From NCBI GenBank assembly GCA_018971605.1, contig JAGXAL010000003.1, positions 1-54,712 on the forward strand: 54,712 nt of DNA, read 5' to 3'. Under the pieces are notes generated by a model. It searched no databases and was not told the DNA's origin. It saw nothing but the letters and a program-made list of their open reading frames with translations. Positions 28,641-40,192 of the stretch are shown piece by piece; the stretch's first letter is position 1; every line of letters begins with the position of its first letter. Source of the DNA: Natronospirales bacterium. GTDB lineage: Bacteria > Pseudomonadota > Gammaproteobacteria > Natronospirales > REEB76. The position numbers were made by a program, and so were the translations under genes.

Positions 28641-29132
28641 TCAATTGACCTGGAAGCGCTGCTGCAACATGCCGAGGAGCTGCATGCTCCAAGGCCACAA
28701 CAGGCTGGTGATGAGCACCGGCATCCAGCGCAGCAACGCGCCCTGGGTATAGCCGAGCATGCCGTCGACCCAGTACAGCACGAAGCTGTAGAGCAAGCTC
28801 AGCAGGAATACCACCAGCATCTGCTGCCACCACGGGAACACGCGGATCTGCAGGTGCAGCTTGAGCGTCACCCAGGCGATCAGCAGCAGCGCCAGCGCGT
28901 GCTCGCCCAAGAGCGAACCGGTGAGCGCGTCGAGGAGAATGCCGACGCCAAAGGTCACCAGCAAGCCCACGCGGTGCGGTAGAAACAGACACCAGTAGAT
29001 GGTGGCCAGCAACAGCCACGCCGGGCGGAAGGCTTCGGCCCAGTCCGGCAGCGGCCAGATGCTGAGCAGCAGCGCCACCAGATAAGTGACCACGATGACC
29101 CAGTTGGCGCGGCGGCGGAGCACGAAGTTCAT
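28641..29132 (-). CDS. mreD: Rod shape-determining protein MreD
   Basis: Hydrophobic; RPAW...YW and DALTGSLLGEHAL; synteny. Confidence 0.95.
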   Translation of the reverse strand: MNFVLRRRANWVIVVTYLVALLLSIWPLPDWAEAFRPAWLLLATIYWCLFLPHRVGLLVTFGVGILLDALTGSLLGEHALALLLIAWVTLKLHLQIRVFPWWQQMLVVFLLSLLYSFVLYWVDGMLGYTQGALLRWMPVLITSLLWPWSMQLLGMLQQRFQVN

Positions 29133-30052
29133 CGCGGCTTGCCCTTGGGCGGCTTCTTCACGCTGTGGGTCTGCGGCGGCGACGGGAGCGGCGGCGCCAC
29201 GGCAGGAAAAAACAGCAACACCGCGTGGCCGCGGTTGAGTTCGGCCACCGGCCGCGCGCTCACCCGCGCAAACGGATCAGCGGGATTGCGTTGCACCTGG
29301 GTAATCACCGCCACCGGATAACCGGCGGGGTAGCGCCCGGCCAGGCCCGAGGTGACCAGCAGATCGCCCACCCGCACGTCGGCATTGTTGGCGAGATACG
29401 GCAGCGACAACAGGCCGGGGTCCGCGGTGCCGATGGCCAGCGTGCGCAAGCCGGTGCGGTTGATCTGCACCGGCACCGCCTGAGTCGGATCGGTGATCAA
29501 CGCGGCTTCCGAGGACAAGGGGTCCGCGCGGATGATCTGGCCGATGATGCCGTGCGCATCGAGCAGCGTCTGGCCGTCGAACACCCCGGCGCGCGTGCCC
29601 TTGTCGATGGTGATCACGTGACGGAAAGGATCCATGTCCACCGCCAGCAGCGTCGCCGCCATCACCTGCCCGTCCAGCCGCTGGCCGGCCTGCAGCAAAT
29701 CGCGCAGGCTGGCGTTTTCCTGTTCGAGCGCCTGGAATTGCTGCAACTGCGCGGAGTCAGTGAGTAACTGCTTTTGCAGGGAGGCATTTTCGCGCACCAG
29801 CGCGCTGTGGGTCGCGAGTTTCTGCTCGGCCCAGCCGGCCAAGGCATAAGGTGCGTTGACTGCGGCCTGGATGGGGTAGACCACGGTGGACAAGGCCGCG
29901 TGCACTTTTTCCAGGTGACCGCGCTGATGATCGTAGAACATCAGCACGATGCAGGCGGCGATCAGCAGCAGCGTGCGCAAGGCGCCCGCGGGATTGCGCG
30001 TGAACAAGCGCGGTGAGCGCTGCAAGGGATGGAAGGTGAACATGCGCGTCAT
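29129..30052 (-). CDS. mreC: Rod shape-determining protein MreC
   Basis: One TM helix, coiled coil (ENASLRDLL), IDKG and GDLLVTSGL.GRYPAGYPVA; start 30052 or 30043. Confidence 0.93.
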   Translation of the reverse strand: MTRMFTFHPLQRSPRLFTRNPAGALRTLLLIAACIVLMFYDHQRGHLEKVHAALSTVVYPIQAAVNAPYALAGWAEQKLATHSALVRENASLQKQLLTDSAQLQQFQALEQENASLRDLLQAGQRLDGQVMAATLLAVDMDPFRHVITIDKGTRAGVFDGQTLLDAHGIIGQIIRADPLSSEAALITDPTQAVPVQINRTGLRTLAIGTADPGLLSLPYLANNADVRVGDLLVTSGLAGRYPAGYPVAVITQVQRNPADPFARVSARPVAELNRGHAVLLFFPAVAPPLPSPPQTHSVKKPPKGKPR

Positions 30053-30215
30053 TGTGCGCCGCGGCTGGCGCGCCGGCGTACGTGCAGGCAAAACAGTGCA
30101 AGTGGCAAACCGCTCTCCGGGCGCCGCGCGTGCGCCGTTTCAAGGCTGCTGATTTTCCGGGGAGCGGGCCGCGGCTGCAACCGCCGCCGATGGATGCCGG
30201 AAGCGGCGGGCGCCG

Positions 30216-31316
<1,101 letters not shown>

Positions 31317-31409
31317 CTAGCAACCGCCACCCGCGGCGGCAAGCCGGTTCATGGCATAATTTGCGGGAAATCACCGGATTTTCCCCGAGTGGCTCACCGG
31401 AGCATGAGC

Positions 31410-31697
31410 ATGTCGCTGACCCCGGACGAGGTTAAGACCATCGCACGCCTGGCGCGCCTCGCCATCGGCGAGCAGGACATCCAGCAGTACGCCCGCAACC
31501 TGTCGCGCATCCTGGAATTCGTGGCGCAGCTCGACCAGGCCGACACCCGCGACGTCGTCCCCATGGCGCATCCGCTGGACATGGCGCAGCGGCTGCGCAG
31601 CGATGTGGTCAGCGAGACCGACCAACGCGACTTGTTCCAGCAGAACGCCCCGCAAGTGCAGGCCGGCCTGTATATCGTGCCCAAGGTCATCGAATAA
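31410..31697 (+). CDS. gatC: Asp/Glu-tRNA amidotransferase subunit C
   Basis: IARLARL, PMAHPL, LRSD and VPKVIE; start 31404 or 31410. Confidence 0.95.
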   Translation: MSLTPDEVKTIARLARLAIGEQDIQQYARNLSRILEFVAQLDQADTRDVVPMAHPLDMAQRLRSDVVSETDQRDLFQQNAPQVQAGLYIVPKVIE

Positions 31698-31706
31698 CCG
31701 GTATGG

Positions 31707-31733
31707 AATCGCGGCGGAGACCGCCGCTCCCAC
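31707..31733 (-). repeat. REP element, family B (GTGGGAGCGGC-loop-GCCGCGAT)
   Basis: Minus strand GTGGGAGCGGCGGTCTCCGCCGCGATT; related copies at 40150 and 51213-51262. Confidence 0.75.
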
Positions 31734-31774
31734 AATTTATATAGTGCAATTTTTCAAGCAGTCTAATTCGCAAA

Positions 31775-33229
31775 ATGCTCACCCAGACACTTGCCGAACT
31801 GTCGCGTGATCTCAAGGCGCGGAAAGTCTCCAGCGCCGAAGTGACGAGCGCTTATCTGGCGCGCATCCAGCGTTTCAATCCGCAAATCAACGCCTTCATC
31901 ACCGTGCTGCAGGAGCAGGCGCTGGCCGAAGCCCGTGCCGCCGATGCCCGCATTGCTAAGGGCGACGCGCACTTGCTCACGGGCGTGCCGATCGCGCACA
32001 AGGACATCTTTTGCACCGCCGGCGTCAAAACCAGCTGCGGATCGAAGATGCTCGACAATTTCGTCGCGCCTTACGATGCACATATCGTGACACGCCTGAA
32101 GCAGGCGGGCAGCGTGCTGCTCGGCAAAACCAACATGGACGAGTTTGCCATGGGCTCCTCCAACGAAACCAGTTTCTACGGCCCGGTGAAAAATCCTTGG
32201 GATTCGACGCGCGTGCCCGGCGGTTCCTCCGGCGGTTCGGCGGCGGTGGTGGCGGCACGTCTCGCTTGCGCGGCCACCGGCACCGACACCGGCGGTTCCA
32301 TCCGCCAGCCGGCGGCACTCGTGGGTTTGACCGGCGTCAAACCCACCTACGGGCGGGTGTCGCGCTACGGCATGATTGCGTTTGCGTCCAGCTTGGATCA
32401 GGCCGGCGTGATTGCCTACACCGCGGAAGATGCCGCGCTGCTGCTCTCGGTGATCGCCGGTTTCGATCCGCGCGACTCCACCAGCGTGGACCGCCCGGTG
32501 CCGGATTACGCCGCGACGCTCGAGCAACCCATCCGCGGCCTGCGCATCGGCGTGCCCAGGGAGTTTTTCGATCCGGGCCTGGACCGGCGGGTCGCCGAGG
32601 CCGTGCAGACGGCACTCTCTATATATAAGAAGCTCGGCGCCCGGGTGCAGGACATCAGCCTGCCGAATTTCGGCCTGTCGGTGCCGACCTATTACGTGGT
32701 GGCGCCCGCCGAGGCCTCCTCCAACCTGTCGCGTTTCGACGGCGTGCGCTTCGGCCATCGCTGCGGAAATCCCGTGGACTTGATGGACCTCTACACCCGC
32801 AGCCGCGGCGAAGGTTTCGGTGCGGAAGTCAAACGCCGCATCATGACCGGCACTTATGTGCTGTCCGCCGGTTACTACGATGCCTATTATCTGAAGGCGC
32901 AGAAAACCCGCGCGCTGATCCGCCGGGATTTTCTCGAAGCCTTCACGCACGTGGACGTCATCATGGGGCCGACCACGCCCACGCCGGCCTTCAGGCTCGG
33001 CGAGAAGACCGACGATCCGGTGACCATGTACCTGAACGATATCTACGCCAACGGCGTGAATCTCGCCGGATTGCCGGGCCTGTCCATTCCCATGGGTTTC
33101 GTGGACGGCCTGCCGGTCGGCCTGCAGATCATCGGCAATTATTTCGACGAAGCCCGCATGCTCGGCGTGGCGCATCAATATCAGCGCGAAACCGACTGGC
33201 ACCGTCAAGTCCCCAAGGGCTTCGAGTAG
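31775..33229 (+). CDS. gatA: Asp/Glu-tRNA amidotransferase subunit A
   Basis: [25 protein letters not shown] and DTGGSIRQP amidase signature. Confidence 0.98.
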   Translation: MLTQTLAELSRDLKARKVSSAEVTSAYLARIQRFNPQINAFITVLQEQALAEARAADARIAKGDAHLLTGVPIAHKDIFCTAGVKTSCGSKMLDNFVAPYDAHIVTRLKQAGSVLLGKTNMDEFAMGSSNETSFYGPVKNPWDSTRVPGGSSGGSAAVVAARLACAATGTDTGGSIRQPAALVGLTGVKPTYGRVSRYGMIAFASSLDQAGVIAYTAEDAALLLSVIAGFDPRDSTSVDRPVPDYAATLEQPIRGLRIGVPREFFDPGLDRRVAEAVQTALSIYKKLGARVQDISLPNFGLSVPTYYVVAPAEASSNLSRFDGVRFGHRCGNPVDLMDLYTRSRGEGFGAEVKRRIMTGTYVLSAGYYDAYYLKAQKTRALIRRDFLEAFTHVDVIMGPTTPTPAFRLGEKTDDPVTMYLNDIYANGVNLAGLPGLSIPMGFVDGLPVGLQIIGNYFDEARMLGVAHQYQRETDWHRQVPKGFE

Positions 33230-33234
33230 CCGCC

Positions 33235-34671
33235 ATGGAATGGGAAACCGTCATCGGACTTGAAATCCATACGCAGCTTTTGACGAAGAGCAAGATCTTC
33301 TCGGGCGCGTCCACGGCGTTCGGCGCGCCGCCCAATACCCAGGCCTGCCTGGTGGATCTGGGTTATCCGGGTGTGCTGCCGGTGCTCAATCACGAGGCGG
33401 TGCGCATGGCGGTGAAGTTCGGCGTAGCCATCGGCGCGCAGGTGGCGGAGCGCTCGGTATTCGCGCGCAAGAATTATTTCTACCCGGACCTGCCCAAGGG
33501 CTACCAGATCAGCCAGTACGAGCTGCCGGTGGTCAGCAAAGGCAGCGTGGAAATCGAACTCGAGGATGGCACCAGCAAGCGCATCGGGATTACCCGCGCG
33601 CATCTGGAAGAGGACGCCGGCAAGTCGCTGCACGAGGGCTTCGAGGGGGTCTCGGGCATAGACCTGAACCGCGCGGGCACACCGCTCCTGGAGATCGTTT
33701 CGGAACCCGACATGCGCTCGGCCAGGGAAGCCGTGGCCTACATGAAGAAAATCCATTCGCTGGTGCGTTACCTCGACATTTGCGACGGCAACATGCAGGA
33801 AGGTTCGTTCCGTTGCGACGCCAACGTATCGGTTCGCCGCAAGGGTGAAGCCAAGTACGGCACGCGTGCGGAACTCAAGAACATCAATTCCTTCCATTTC
33901 GTCGAGAAGGCCATCGAGTACGAGATTGCGCGGCAGATCGAGCTGCTCGAAGGCGGCGGCAAAGTGGTGCAGGAGACCCGCCTGTATGACTCGAAAAAGA
34001 ATGAAACCCGCTCCATGCGCAGCAAGGAAGAAGCCAACGACTACCGCTATTTCCCCGATCCCGACCTGCTGCCGCTGGTCATCGAGCCGGCGTTCATCGA
34101 AGCGGTGCGCAAGACGCTGCCGGAACTGCCGGACGCCAAGAAACAGCGGTTTGCCGAGCACTACTGCCTGTCGAGCTACGACGCGAGTCTGCTTACGGCA
34201 AGCCGCGCTCTGGCGGATTACTACGAAGCCGTGGTCAAGGCCGTGGGCGGCGAGCCGAAGCTTTGCGCCAACTGGGTGATGGGCGAACTGGCTGCCGCGC
34301 TCAACCGCGACAACAAGGAAATCACCGAAAGTCCGGTGAGCGCCGCGGTGCTTGCCGGGCTCATCAAGCGCGTGTTGGACAATACCGTGTCCGGCAAACT
34401 CGCCAAGGACGTGTTCGAAGCCATGTGGGCAGGCGAGGGCGATGCCGACGCGGTCATCGGCAAGCGCGGCCTTAAGCAAATCACCGACAGCTCCGCCATC
34501 GAGAAAATCATTGACGAGGTCATGGCCGTGAATCCCGAACAGCTGACCGGCTACCGCGGCGGCAAAGACAAGCTGTTCGCATTCTTCGTGGGGCAGGTGA
34601 TGAAGGCCAGCAAGGGCAAGGCCAACCCGCAGCAAGTCAATGAGCTGCTGAAACGCAAGCTCGCGGGCTGA
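33235..34671 (+). CDS. gatB: Asp/Glu-tRNA amidotransferase subunit B
   Basis: [31 protein letters not shown] and YRYFPDPDL. Confidence 0.98.
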   Translation: MEWETVIGLEIHTQLLTKSKIFSGASTAFGAPPNTQACLVDLGYPGVLPVLNHEAVRMAVKFGVAIGAQVAERSVFARKNYFYPDLPKGYQISQYELPVVSKGSVEIELEDGTSKRIGITRAHLEEDAGKSLHEGFEGVSGIDLNRAGTPLLEIVSEPDMRSAREAVAYMKKIHSLVRYLDICDGNMQEGSFRCDANVSVRRKGEAKYGTRAELKNINSFHFVEKAIEYEIARQIELLEGGGKVVQETRLYDSKKNETRSMRSKEEANDYRYFPDPDLLPLVIEPAFIEAVRKTLPELPDAKKQRFAEHYCLSSYDASLLTASRALADYYEAVVKAVGGEPKLCANWVMGELAAALNRDNKEITESPVSAAVLAGLIKRVLDNTVSGKLAKDVFEAMWAGEGDADAVIGKRGLKQITDSSAIEKIIDEVMAVNPEQLTGYRGGKDKLFAFFVGQVMKASKGKANPQQVNELLKRKLAG

Positions 34672-34729
34672 GCCGCCTCAGGTATTGAAACAGCCTGGTC
34701 CCGGCCCCATAAATCGGCGCATGCCAGTC

Positions 34730-35632
34730 ATGTCCCTTCAGTCAGAATCAAACTTCGCGGTGGAGCGCGACAGCCTGCGGCGTTTCATCTTCGAGCAGCT
34801 GCCGGTACAAGGCCGGCACGTGCACCTGGATGCGAGCTGGCGTGCGGTCCTGGAACACCAGGACTATCCCGCGGCGGTGCGCAATCTTTTGGGCGAGGCC
34901 TGTACCGCCAGCGCCTTGCTTGCGGCCACACTCAAGTTCGACGGCATGCTGACGCTGCAGATCCGCGGCGGAGCTTCGGTGCCGCTCCTGGTCGTGCAAT
35001 GCACCAGCGGCTTCAATCTGCGCGGATTGGCGCATTGGCGCGGTGACGCGGACCAAGCCGCGGGGCTCAAGTCACTGGTCGGTGACGGTCAGCTCGCCAT
35101 CACCATCGAGCAGAACCAGAAGGTCGAACGTTACCAGGGCATCGTGCCCTTGGAGGGCGCGACCCTGTCCGCATGTCTGGAAAGCTATTTCCAGCGTTCC
35201 GAACAATTGCCGACGCGCCTATGGCTGAACGCCGATCGCGACTCTGCGGCGGGGTTTTTGCTGCAGGCCATGCCGGATCATGAAAATAATGCCGATGCCT
35301 GGCAACATGTGACGGTGCTGGCGGATACACTCAAGCCCGCGGAACTCGGCGGTTTGCCGGCGCAAGCGCTGCTGCACCGCCTGTACCACGAAGACGATGT
35401 GCGCCTGTTCGGCGCCGCACCGGTGGCGTTCCGTTGCCAGTGCTCGCGCGCGCGCATCGAAGCCACCTTGCGCGGCTTGGGCGCAGCCGAAGTTCGCGGC
35501 ATCGTGAGCGAACTCGGCAAGGTGCACGTGGATTGCGAATTCTGCGGGCGGGGTTATGACTTCGACAAGGTGGACGTGGAAGGCCTGTTTGCGTCTGCGC
35601 CCATGGCCACGACACCCGCGCAGCTGCACTGA
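34730..35632 (+). CDS. hslO: Redox-regulated chaperone Hsp33
   Basis: DSLRRFIFE, YQGIV, YFQRSEQLPT; zinc centre CQC...CEFC; start 34721 or 34730. Confidence 0.95.
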   Translation: MSLQSESNFAVERDSLRRFIFEQLPVQGRHVHLDASWRAVLEHQDYPAAVRNLLGEACTASALLAATLKFDGMLTLQIRGGASVPLLVVQCTSGFNLRGLAHWRGDADQAAGLKSLVGDGQLAITIEQNQKVERYQGIVPLEGATLSACLESYFQRSEQLPTRLWLNADRDSAAGFLLQAMPDHENNADAWQHVTVLADTLKPAELGGLPAQALLHRLYHEDDVRLFGAAPVAFRCQCSRARIEATLRGLGAAEVRGIVSELGKVHVDCEFCGRGYDFDKVDVEGLFASAPMATTPAQLH

Positions 35633-35706
35633 TACGCATAGCGCGGCGATGCCGCAGGCTGCGGCAGATTCCGGTTCACCCGGGCCTGCGTCAGCCGCGC
35701 TGCTTG

Positions 35707-36099
35707 CTATGCAAGGTCGGGCTGCGCCGATTCAGTGATCGCGACTTCGAGCGGTGTCGCGTGACCGTCGGCCAGCCGCCAACCGCGCAACTGCAGCACA
35801 CCCTTGGTATCGAGCGCGATATCCAGAAACAGTCCGGTGCAATCCGCGAGCGCTGCCGTTTGTGCGGCGGCCAGCGGCGGCAGGGGCATATTGGAACTGC
35901 GGTAGAACGCCAGGGGCGCCTGTGTACGGGCGCGCAGCGCGACTTTGTTCAAATCGGCATCGGTTGGGATCGGCACACATCGGTAGCGATCTTGACGGTC
36001 GCGGATCACGAAGCCTTGCGCCAGCCCGGCGGTCCGCTGCGCCTGACGCAGCAGTTGATTCACCAGCGTGCGCGGCAGCCGCAGCGTGTCATCTGCCAC
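35707..36099 (-). CDS. JAB/Mov34 (M67)-like protein lacking the catalytic JAMM motif
   Basis: LPRTLVNQLLRQAQ and IALDTKGVLQLRGW resemble gammaproteobacterial M67 proteins, but YRSS replaces YHSH. GTG 36099 overlaps the upstream gene. Confidence 0.65.
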   Translation of the reverse strand: MADDTLRLPRTLVNQLLRQAQRTAGLAQGFVIRDRQDRYRCVPIPTDADLNKVALRARTQAPLAFYRSSNMPLPPLAAAQTAALADCTGLFLDIALDTKGVLQLRGWRLADGHATPLEVAITESAQPDLA

Positions 36100-36565
36100 G
36101 AGCCGAGTTCCCGTAGGCGACAAACTGACCTGCAAATTTCGCGCACACGGCGTGTGATTGCGTTATCTCGGCCTGCAATTTGAGGCGCGCCTTGTTGCGG
36201 CGCTGCAGGGTGTCCAAAAAAGTCTGGCGTGCAGTCGCCTCCGGCATTGCACAACGGGCGATCAATATATCCGTGACCGGACGCAGGAATTGCATGCGCG
36301 ATTCAGCCACTACGATGTGCGCGGCCGGCCCGGGTTCCAGCAGCAGCCATACCAGTCCCCAGCAGGCAAGCATGGCGAGACTGTCGAGGCTGCCGCCGAA
36401 GGCGGTGCCCTCGTGGTTGAGGTTAGCGGCCAGCGGCGCACTCAGCGTCAGGCCGGCCGCATTGCAGGTATCCACTCGCGCATGCATGTGCTGCACCAAT
36501 GGTATGTGTGCGTGCAGATAAACTTCGAGCCGCTGGCCGGCGGCCGCATCTAGCGTGAGCGGCAT
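36089..36565 (-). CDS. YiiD C-terminal-type hotdog thioesterase
   Basis: LHAHIPL, APLAANLNHEGTAFGGSL, WGL and FLRPV. Confidence 0.88.
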   Translation of the reverse strand: MPLTLDAAAGQRLEVYLHAHIPLVQHMHARVDTCNAAGLTLSAPLAANLNHEGTAFGGSLDSLAMLACWGLVWLLLEPGPAAHIVVAESRMQFLRPVTDILIARCAMPEATARQTFLDTLQRRNKARLKLQAEITQSHAVCAKFAGQFVAYGNSARGR

Positions 36566-37299
36566 ACCGGACATGCTGGATCCTTCTTTATATGGGTCAT
36601 GGATAGCGTGCCACGGATGGCGTCCAGCCGCAGCAAGCGGCCGGTGAGCGGCGCGCCCACGCCGGCGATGAGTTTTACGGCCTCCAGTGCCATGAAACTG
36701 CCGATCACTCCCACTACGGGCGCAAGAATGCCGTTGCTGCGACAGTTTTCCAGCTCCTCGCCGGCTTGCGGGTACACGCAGGCGTAACAGGGACTCGCGG
36801 CATCGCGCGCATCGAACACCGTGACCTGACCTTCCAGACGGATCGCCGCCCCGGATACCAGCGGCGTCCGGGTCTTGACGCAGGCCGCATTCACCGCAAA
36901 GCGCGTGCCGAAGTTGTCGCTGCCGTCGAGCACGATATCGGCGCGGTCGACGACCGCTTCGAGTTCAGCGCCCTGGAGCCTCCGGTCCAGTAACTCCAAT
37001 TGACAGTCCGGGTTGAGCGCCGTGAGCGTGGCGGCCGCGGCCGTGGTCTTGGCGCGGCCGAGGTCGGCGCTGGAGTACAGAATCTGGCGCTGCAGGTTGG
37101 ACAAATCCACACGATCAAATTCGTTGAGCACGAGCGTGCCCACGCCGCTCGCGGCGAGATACAGCGCGGCGGGCGAACCCAGTCCGCCCAGTCCCACGAT
37201 CAGCACCCGTGCCTGTCTGAGTTTTTCCTGGCCGGCCGCGCCGAACTCCGGCAGCGCCAAGTGGCGGCTGTAGCGCAGTTGGTAGTCTTTGGCGTTCAC
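36550..37299 (-). CDS. moeB: MoeB/ThiF E1-like adenylyltransferase
   Basis: RYSRH, GLGGLG, SNLQRQ, DNF, CYAC, catalytic-position Cys (ENC) and CPVC. Confidence 0.92.
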   Translation of the reverse strand: MNAKDYQLRYSRHLALPEFGAAGQEKLRQARVLIVGLGGLGSPAALYLAASGVGTLVLNEFDRVDLSNLQRQILYSSADLGRAKTTAAAATLTALNPDCQLELLDRRLQGAELEAVVDRADIVLDGSDNFGTRFAVNAACVKTRTPLVSGAAIRLEGQVTVFDARDAASPCYACVYPQAGEELENCRSNGILAPVVGVIGSFMALEAVKLIAGVGAPLTGRLLRLDAIRGTLSMTHIKKDPACPVCRSR

Positions 37300-37329
37300 G
37301 GAAATGGCATCATGGTTGCCGAATGCATT

Positions 37330-37824
37330 TTACTGCGCGGCCGACAAGCGTTTCGCCGACAGCAGCACCACCGGCTCCAGCGGCACGTCGCCGTGCGCAC
37401 CGTGCCGCCCGGTTTTCACGCCCGCGATCCGGTCCACGATCTCGGTGCCTTTGACTATCTTGCCGAATACCGCGTAACCGTAATCGCGCTGGCCGTGGTC
37501 GAGGAAGGCGTTGTCCGTCAGATTGATGAAGAACTGGCTGGTGGCGCTGTGGATGTCGGAGGTGCGCGCCAAGGCGATGCTGTAGCGCGTGTTCAGCAGC
37601 CCGTTGGCAGCCTCGTTGCGGATGGGCGCATGCGGTTTTTTCTGGTGCATGTCTGGCTCGAAGCCGCCGCCTTGAATCATGAATTTCGGGATGACCCGAT
37701 GAAAAACCGTGCCATTGTAGAAACCTTCGTCGACGTAGGCGAGGAAATTTTCCACGCTGAGGGGCGCCTTGTCAGGATAAAGTTCCAGCGTGAGATCGCC
37801 GAGACTGGTGGTCATGTGAATCAT
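37330..37824 (-). CDS. Cyclophilin-type peptidyl-prolyl isomerase
   Basis: [23 protein letters not shown] and YAVFG; ATG 37824 follows GGGAG. Confidence 0.95.
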   Translation of the reverse strand: MIHMTTSLGDLTLELYPDKAPLSVENFLAYVDEGFYNGTVFHRVIPKFMIQGGGFEPDMHQKKPHAPIRNEAANGLLNTRYSIALARTSDIHSATSQFFINLTDNAFLDHGQRDYGYAVFGKIVKGTEIVDRIAGVKTGRHGAHGDVPLEPVVLLSAKRLSAAQ

Positions 37825-37855
37825 GGTAAAACTCCCAGGTGCATGCTGAAGGGGT

Positions 37856-38701
37856 TCAATCTGCAAACCGGCCGGTGGTGACGCGTTCGATGCCGGCCAA
37901 ATCGCGAAAAGTCTGCAGCTCGCCGAATCCGGCCGCCGCCAGCAGCCCGCGCACCCCGGCTGCCTGATCGTAGCCATGTTCGAGGGCCAACACGCCGCCC
38001 GGCTCCAGATGCGCAGGCGCGCGCAGCGCGATTTTACGAATGGCAGCCAGGCCGTCGGGCCCGCCGGTGAGAGCCCGCCGCGGTTCGAAGCGCAGGTCAC
38101 CGGCGTTGAGATGCGGGTCCGTATCCGGCACGTAGGGCGGGTTCGAGGCGATCAGGCTGTAGCGCCGTCCGGCGACGGGCGCGAACCAGTCGCCCTGCAG
38201 AAATTCTACGTTCTGCAGGCCGAGGCTTTTGGCATTCTCGCGCGCCGCCTCCAGCGCGGGATTGCTCACGTCAACGGCAGTCACCATGCAGTGGGGCCGC
38301 TCCTTGGCGAGCGCCAGCGCGATCGCACCGCTGCCGGTGCCAAGGTCCAGCAGGTACCAGCGCGCGCCCACGGGCACGTGGCGCAGAGCCTGTTCCACCA
38401 GCACTTCGGTTTCCGGCCGCGGAATCAGGGTCGCCGGAGTCACCTTGAGACTCAGCGACCAGAAATCGCGTTGCCCGGTGAGATACGCCACCGGCCGGCC
38501 CTTGTGGCGCGCCACCACGAGCAGCGCGAACAAGCGCAGCTGCTTGTCCGCGACGCGCTGCTCGGGATGCGCGAACAGCTGGCTGCGGGAAATCTGCAGC
38601 ACGTGTGCGAGCAGAATTTCCGCATCCAGTCGCGGTGTGCTGCTGGCATCGGCCAGCCGGGTGCCGGCCATGCGCAACAGGGTGGCTACGGTAACGTCCA
38701 C
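37856..38701 (-). CDS. prmC: Release factor glutamine methyltransferase
   Basis: [21 protein letters not shown] and LEHG. Confidence 0.97.
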   Translation of the reverse strand: MDVTVATLLRMAGTRLADASSTPRLDAEILLAHVLQISRSQLFAHPEQRVADKQLRLFALLVVARHKGRPVAYLTGQRDFWSLSLKVTPATLIPRPETEVLVEQALRHVPVGARWYLLDLGTGSGAIALALAKERPHCMVTAVDVSNPALEAARENAKSLGLQNVEFLQGDWFAPVAGRRYSLIASNPPYVPDTDPHLNAGDLRFEPRRALTGGPDGLAAIRKIALRAPAHLEPGGVLALEHGYDQAAGVRGLLAAAGFGELQTFRDLAGIERVTTGRFAD

Positions 38702-38780
38702 GAATTCCCCCGGTGATTGGGCTTATTTTAAGCGCTTCCGTACAATAGCGCCTGCATTTGGCGGCAGCGACGGAGACCGC

Positions 38781-40142
38781 ATGAAAATTTATTCGAACGT
38801 GCTCGAGATGGTCGGCCGTACGCCAATGCTGGAACTCAAACGCTTGGATGTGGGCCCTTGTCGGCTGTTCCTCAAGCTCGAACTCATGAACCCCGGCGGC
38901 TCCATCAAGGATCGCATCGGCCTCAGCATGATTGCGGAGGCCGAGAAACGCGGCGATCTCAAGCCGGGTGGCACCATCATCGAAGCCACTGCCGGCAATA
39001 CCGGCCTGGGGCTGGCGCTGGTGGCGGCGCAGAAAGGCTACCGGCTGGTACTGGTGATCCCCGACAAGATGAGTCAGGAAAAAATCTTCAACCTGCGCGC
39101 CATGGGTGCGGAAGTGGTGCTGACGCGCTCCGACGTCGGCAAGGGCCATCCCGAGTACTACCAGGACCTCGCGCGGCGCATGGCTGCGGAGCAGGGCGCG
39201 TTCTTCATCAACCAGTTCGGCAATCCCGACAACGTCAAGGCGCACGAAACCACCACCGCGCCGGAAATCTGGGAGCAGATGGAGCACCGCTTGGACGCGG
39301 TGGTCGTGGGCGTGGGCTCGAGCGGCACGCTCACCGGCCTCGGCCATTATTTCCGCAAGGTGGCGCCGCAGGTGGAAATGGTGCTCGCCGATCCGCAGGG
39401 TTCGGTGCTCGCCGATTACCTCCATACCGGCAAGCTCGGTCCCAAGGGTTCCTGGCTGGTGGAGGGTATCGGCGAGGATTTCATTCCCGACATCTGCGAC
39501 CTGTCGGTGGTCAAGCAGGCCTACAGCATTCCCGACAGCGAGGCCTTTGCGGTGGCACGCGAGGTGCTGAAGAAAGAGGGGCTGCTGCTCGGCTCTTCGT
39601 CCGGCACGCTGATCGCCGCGGCGCTGCGATATTGCCGAGCGCAGAAGACCGCCAAACGCGTGGTCACACTCGGCGCGGATACCGGCAACAAGTACCTGTC
39701 CAAGCTCTACAATGATTTCTGGATGATCGAGCAGGGTTTCATGGAGCGCCCGCGGCGCGGCGACCTCGGCGATTACGTAGGCCGGCCCTATTGGGAGCGT
39801 GCCACCGTGTACGTGGGTCCGGCGGATACGCTGGAGACCGCGCATACGCGCATGCGCAACAATGGCATTTCGCAGTTGCCGGTTATCGAAGGCCGCAAGT
39901 TTCTGGGCGCAGTCACCGAGAACGATTTGATTCACGCGGTACGTGGGGATAAACGCGGCTTCGCCCTGGAAGTGCGCGTGGCGCTGGATGCGGATTTTCC
40001 GCGTATTGCCGCGAAAGCGAAGCCGGACGCCTTGTTTGCGCTGCTGGAGCAGAAAACCTCAGTCGCCATCATGCACGACGAGGAGTTTCTCGGCCTGGTT
40101 ACGCGCAGTGACTTGCTGAACCGCCTGCGCTTGCAGCATTAG
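38781..40142 (+). CDS. cbs: Cystathionine beta-synthase (PLP) with C-terminal CBS pair
   Basis: NPGGSIKDR, EATAGNTG, GVGSSGT, VEGIG, C-terminal CBS domains; ATG 38781 follows GGAG. Confidence 0.9.
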   Translation: MKIYSNVLEMVGRTPMLELKRLDVGPCRLFLKLELMNPGGSIKDRIGLSMIAEAEKRGDLKPGGTIIEATAGNTGLGLALVAAQKGYRLVLVIPDKMSQEKIFNLRAMGAEVVLTRSDVGKGHPEYYQDLARRMAAEQGAFFINQFGNPDNVKAHETTTAPEIWEQMEHRLDAVVVGVGSSGTLTGLGHYFRKVAPQVEMVLADPQGSVLADYLHTGKLGPKGSWLVEGIGEDFIPDICDLSVVKQAYSIPDSEAFAVAREVLKKEGLLLGSSSGTLIAAALRYCRAQKTAKRVVTLGADTGNKYLSKLYNDFWMIEQGFMERPRRGDLGDYVGRPYWERATVYVGPADTLETAHTRMRNNGISQLPVIEGRKFLGAVTENDLIHAVRGDKRGFALEVRVALDADFPRIAAKAKPDALFALLEQKTSVAIMHDEEFLGLVTRSDLLNRLRLQH

Positions 40143-40149
40143 ACATTAA

Positions 40150-40173
40150 AATCGCGGCTCAAGCCGCTCCCAC
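40150..40173 (-). repeat. REP element, family B
   Basis: Minus strand GTGGGAGCGGCTTGAGCCGCGATT. Confidence 0.78.
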
Positions 40174-40192
40174 CATAGATAGGCTGAACACC

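Noticed and set aside
31410-34671. gatCAB in a gammaproteobacterium as a novelty
   Set aside because: Common outside enterobacteria, and the divergent mreB-gatC arrangement is familiar.
37825-38780. Extended starts for the cyclophilin (38100) and CBS (38229) ORFs
   Set aside because: Both overlap prmC; internal ATGs with good ribosome binding sites match the family N-termini.
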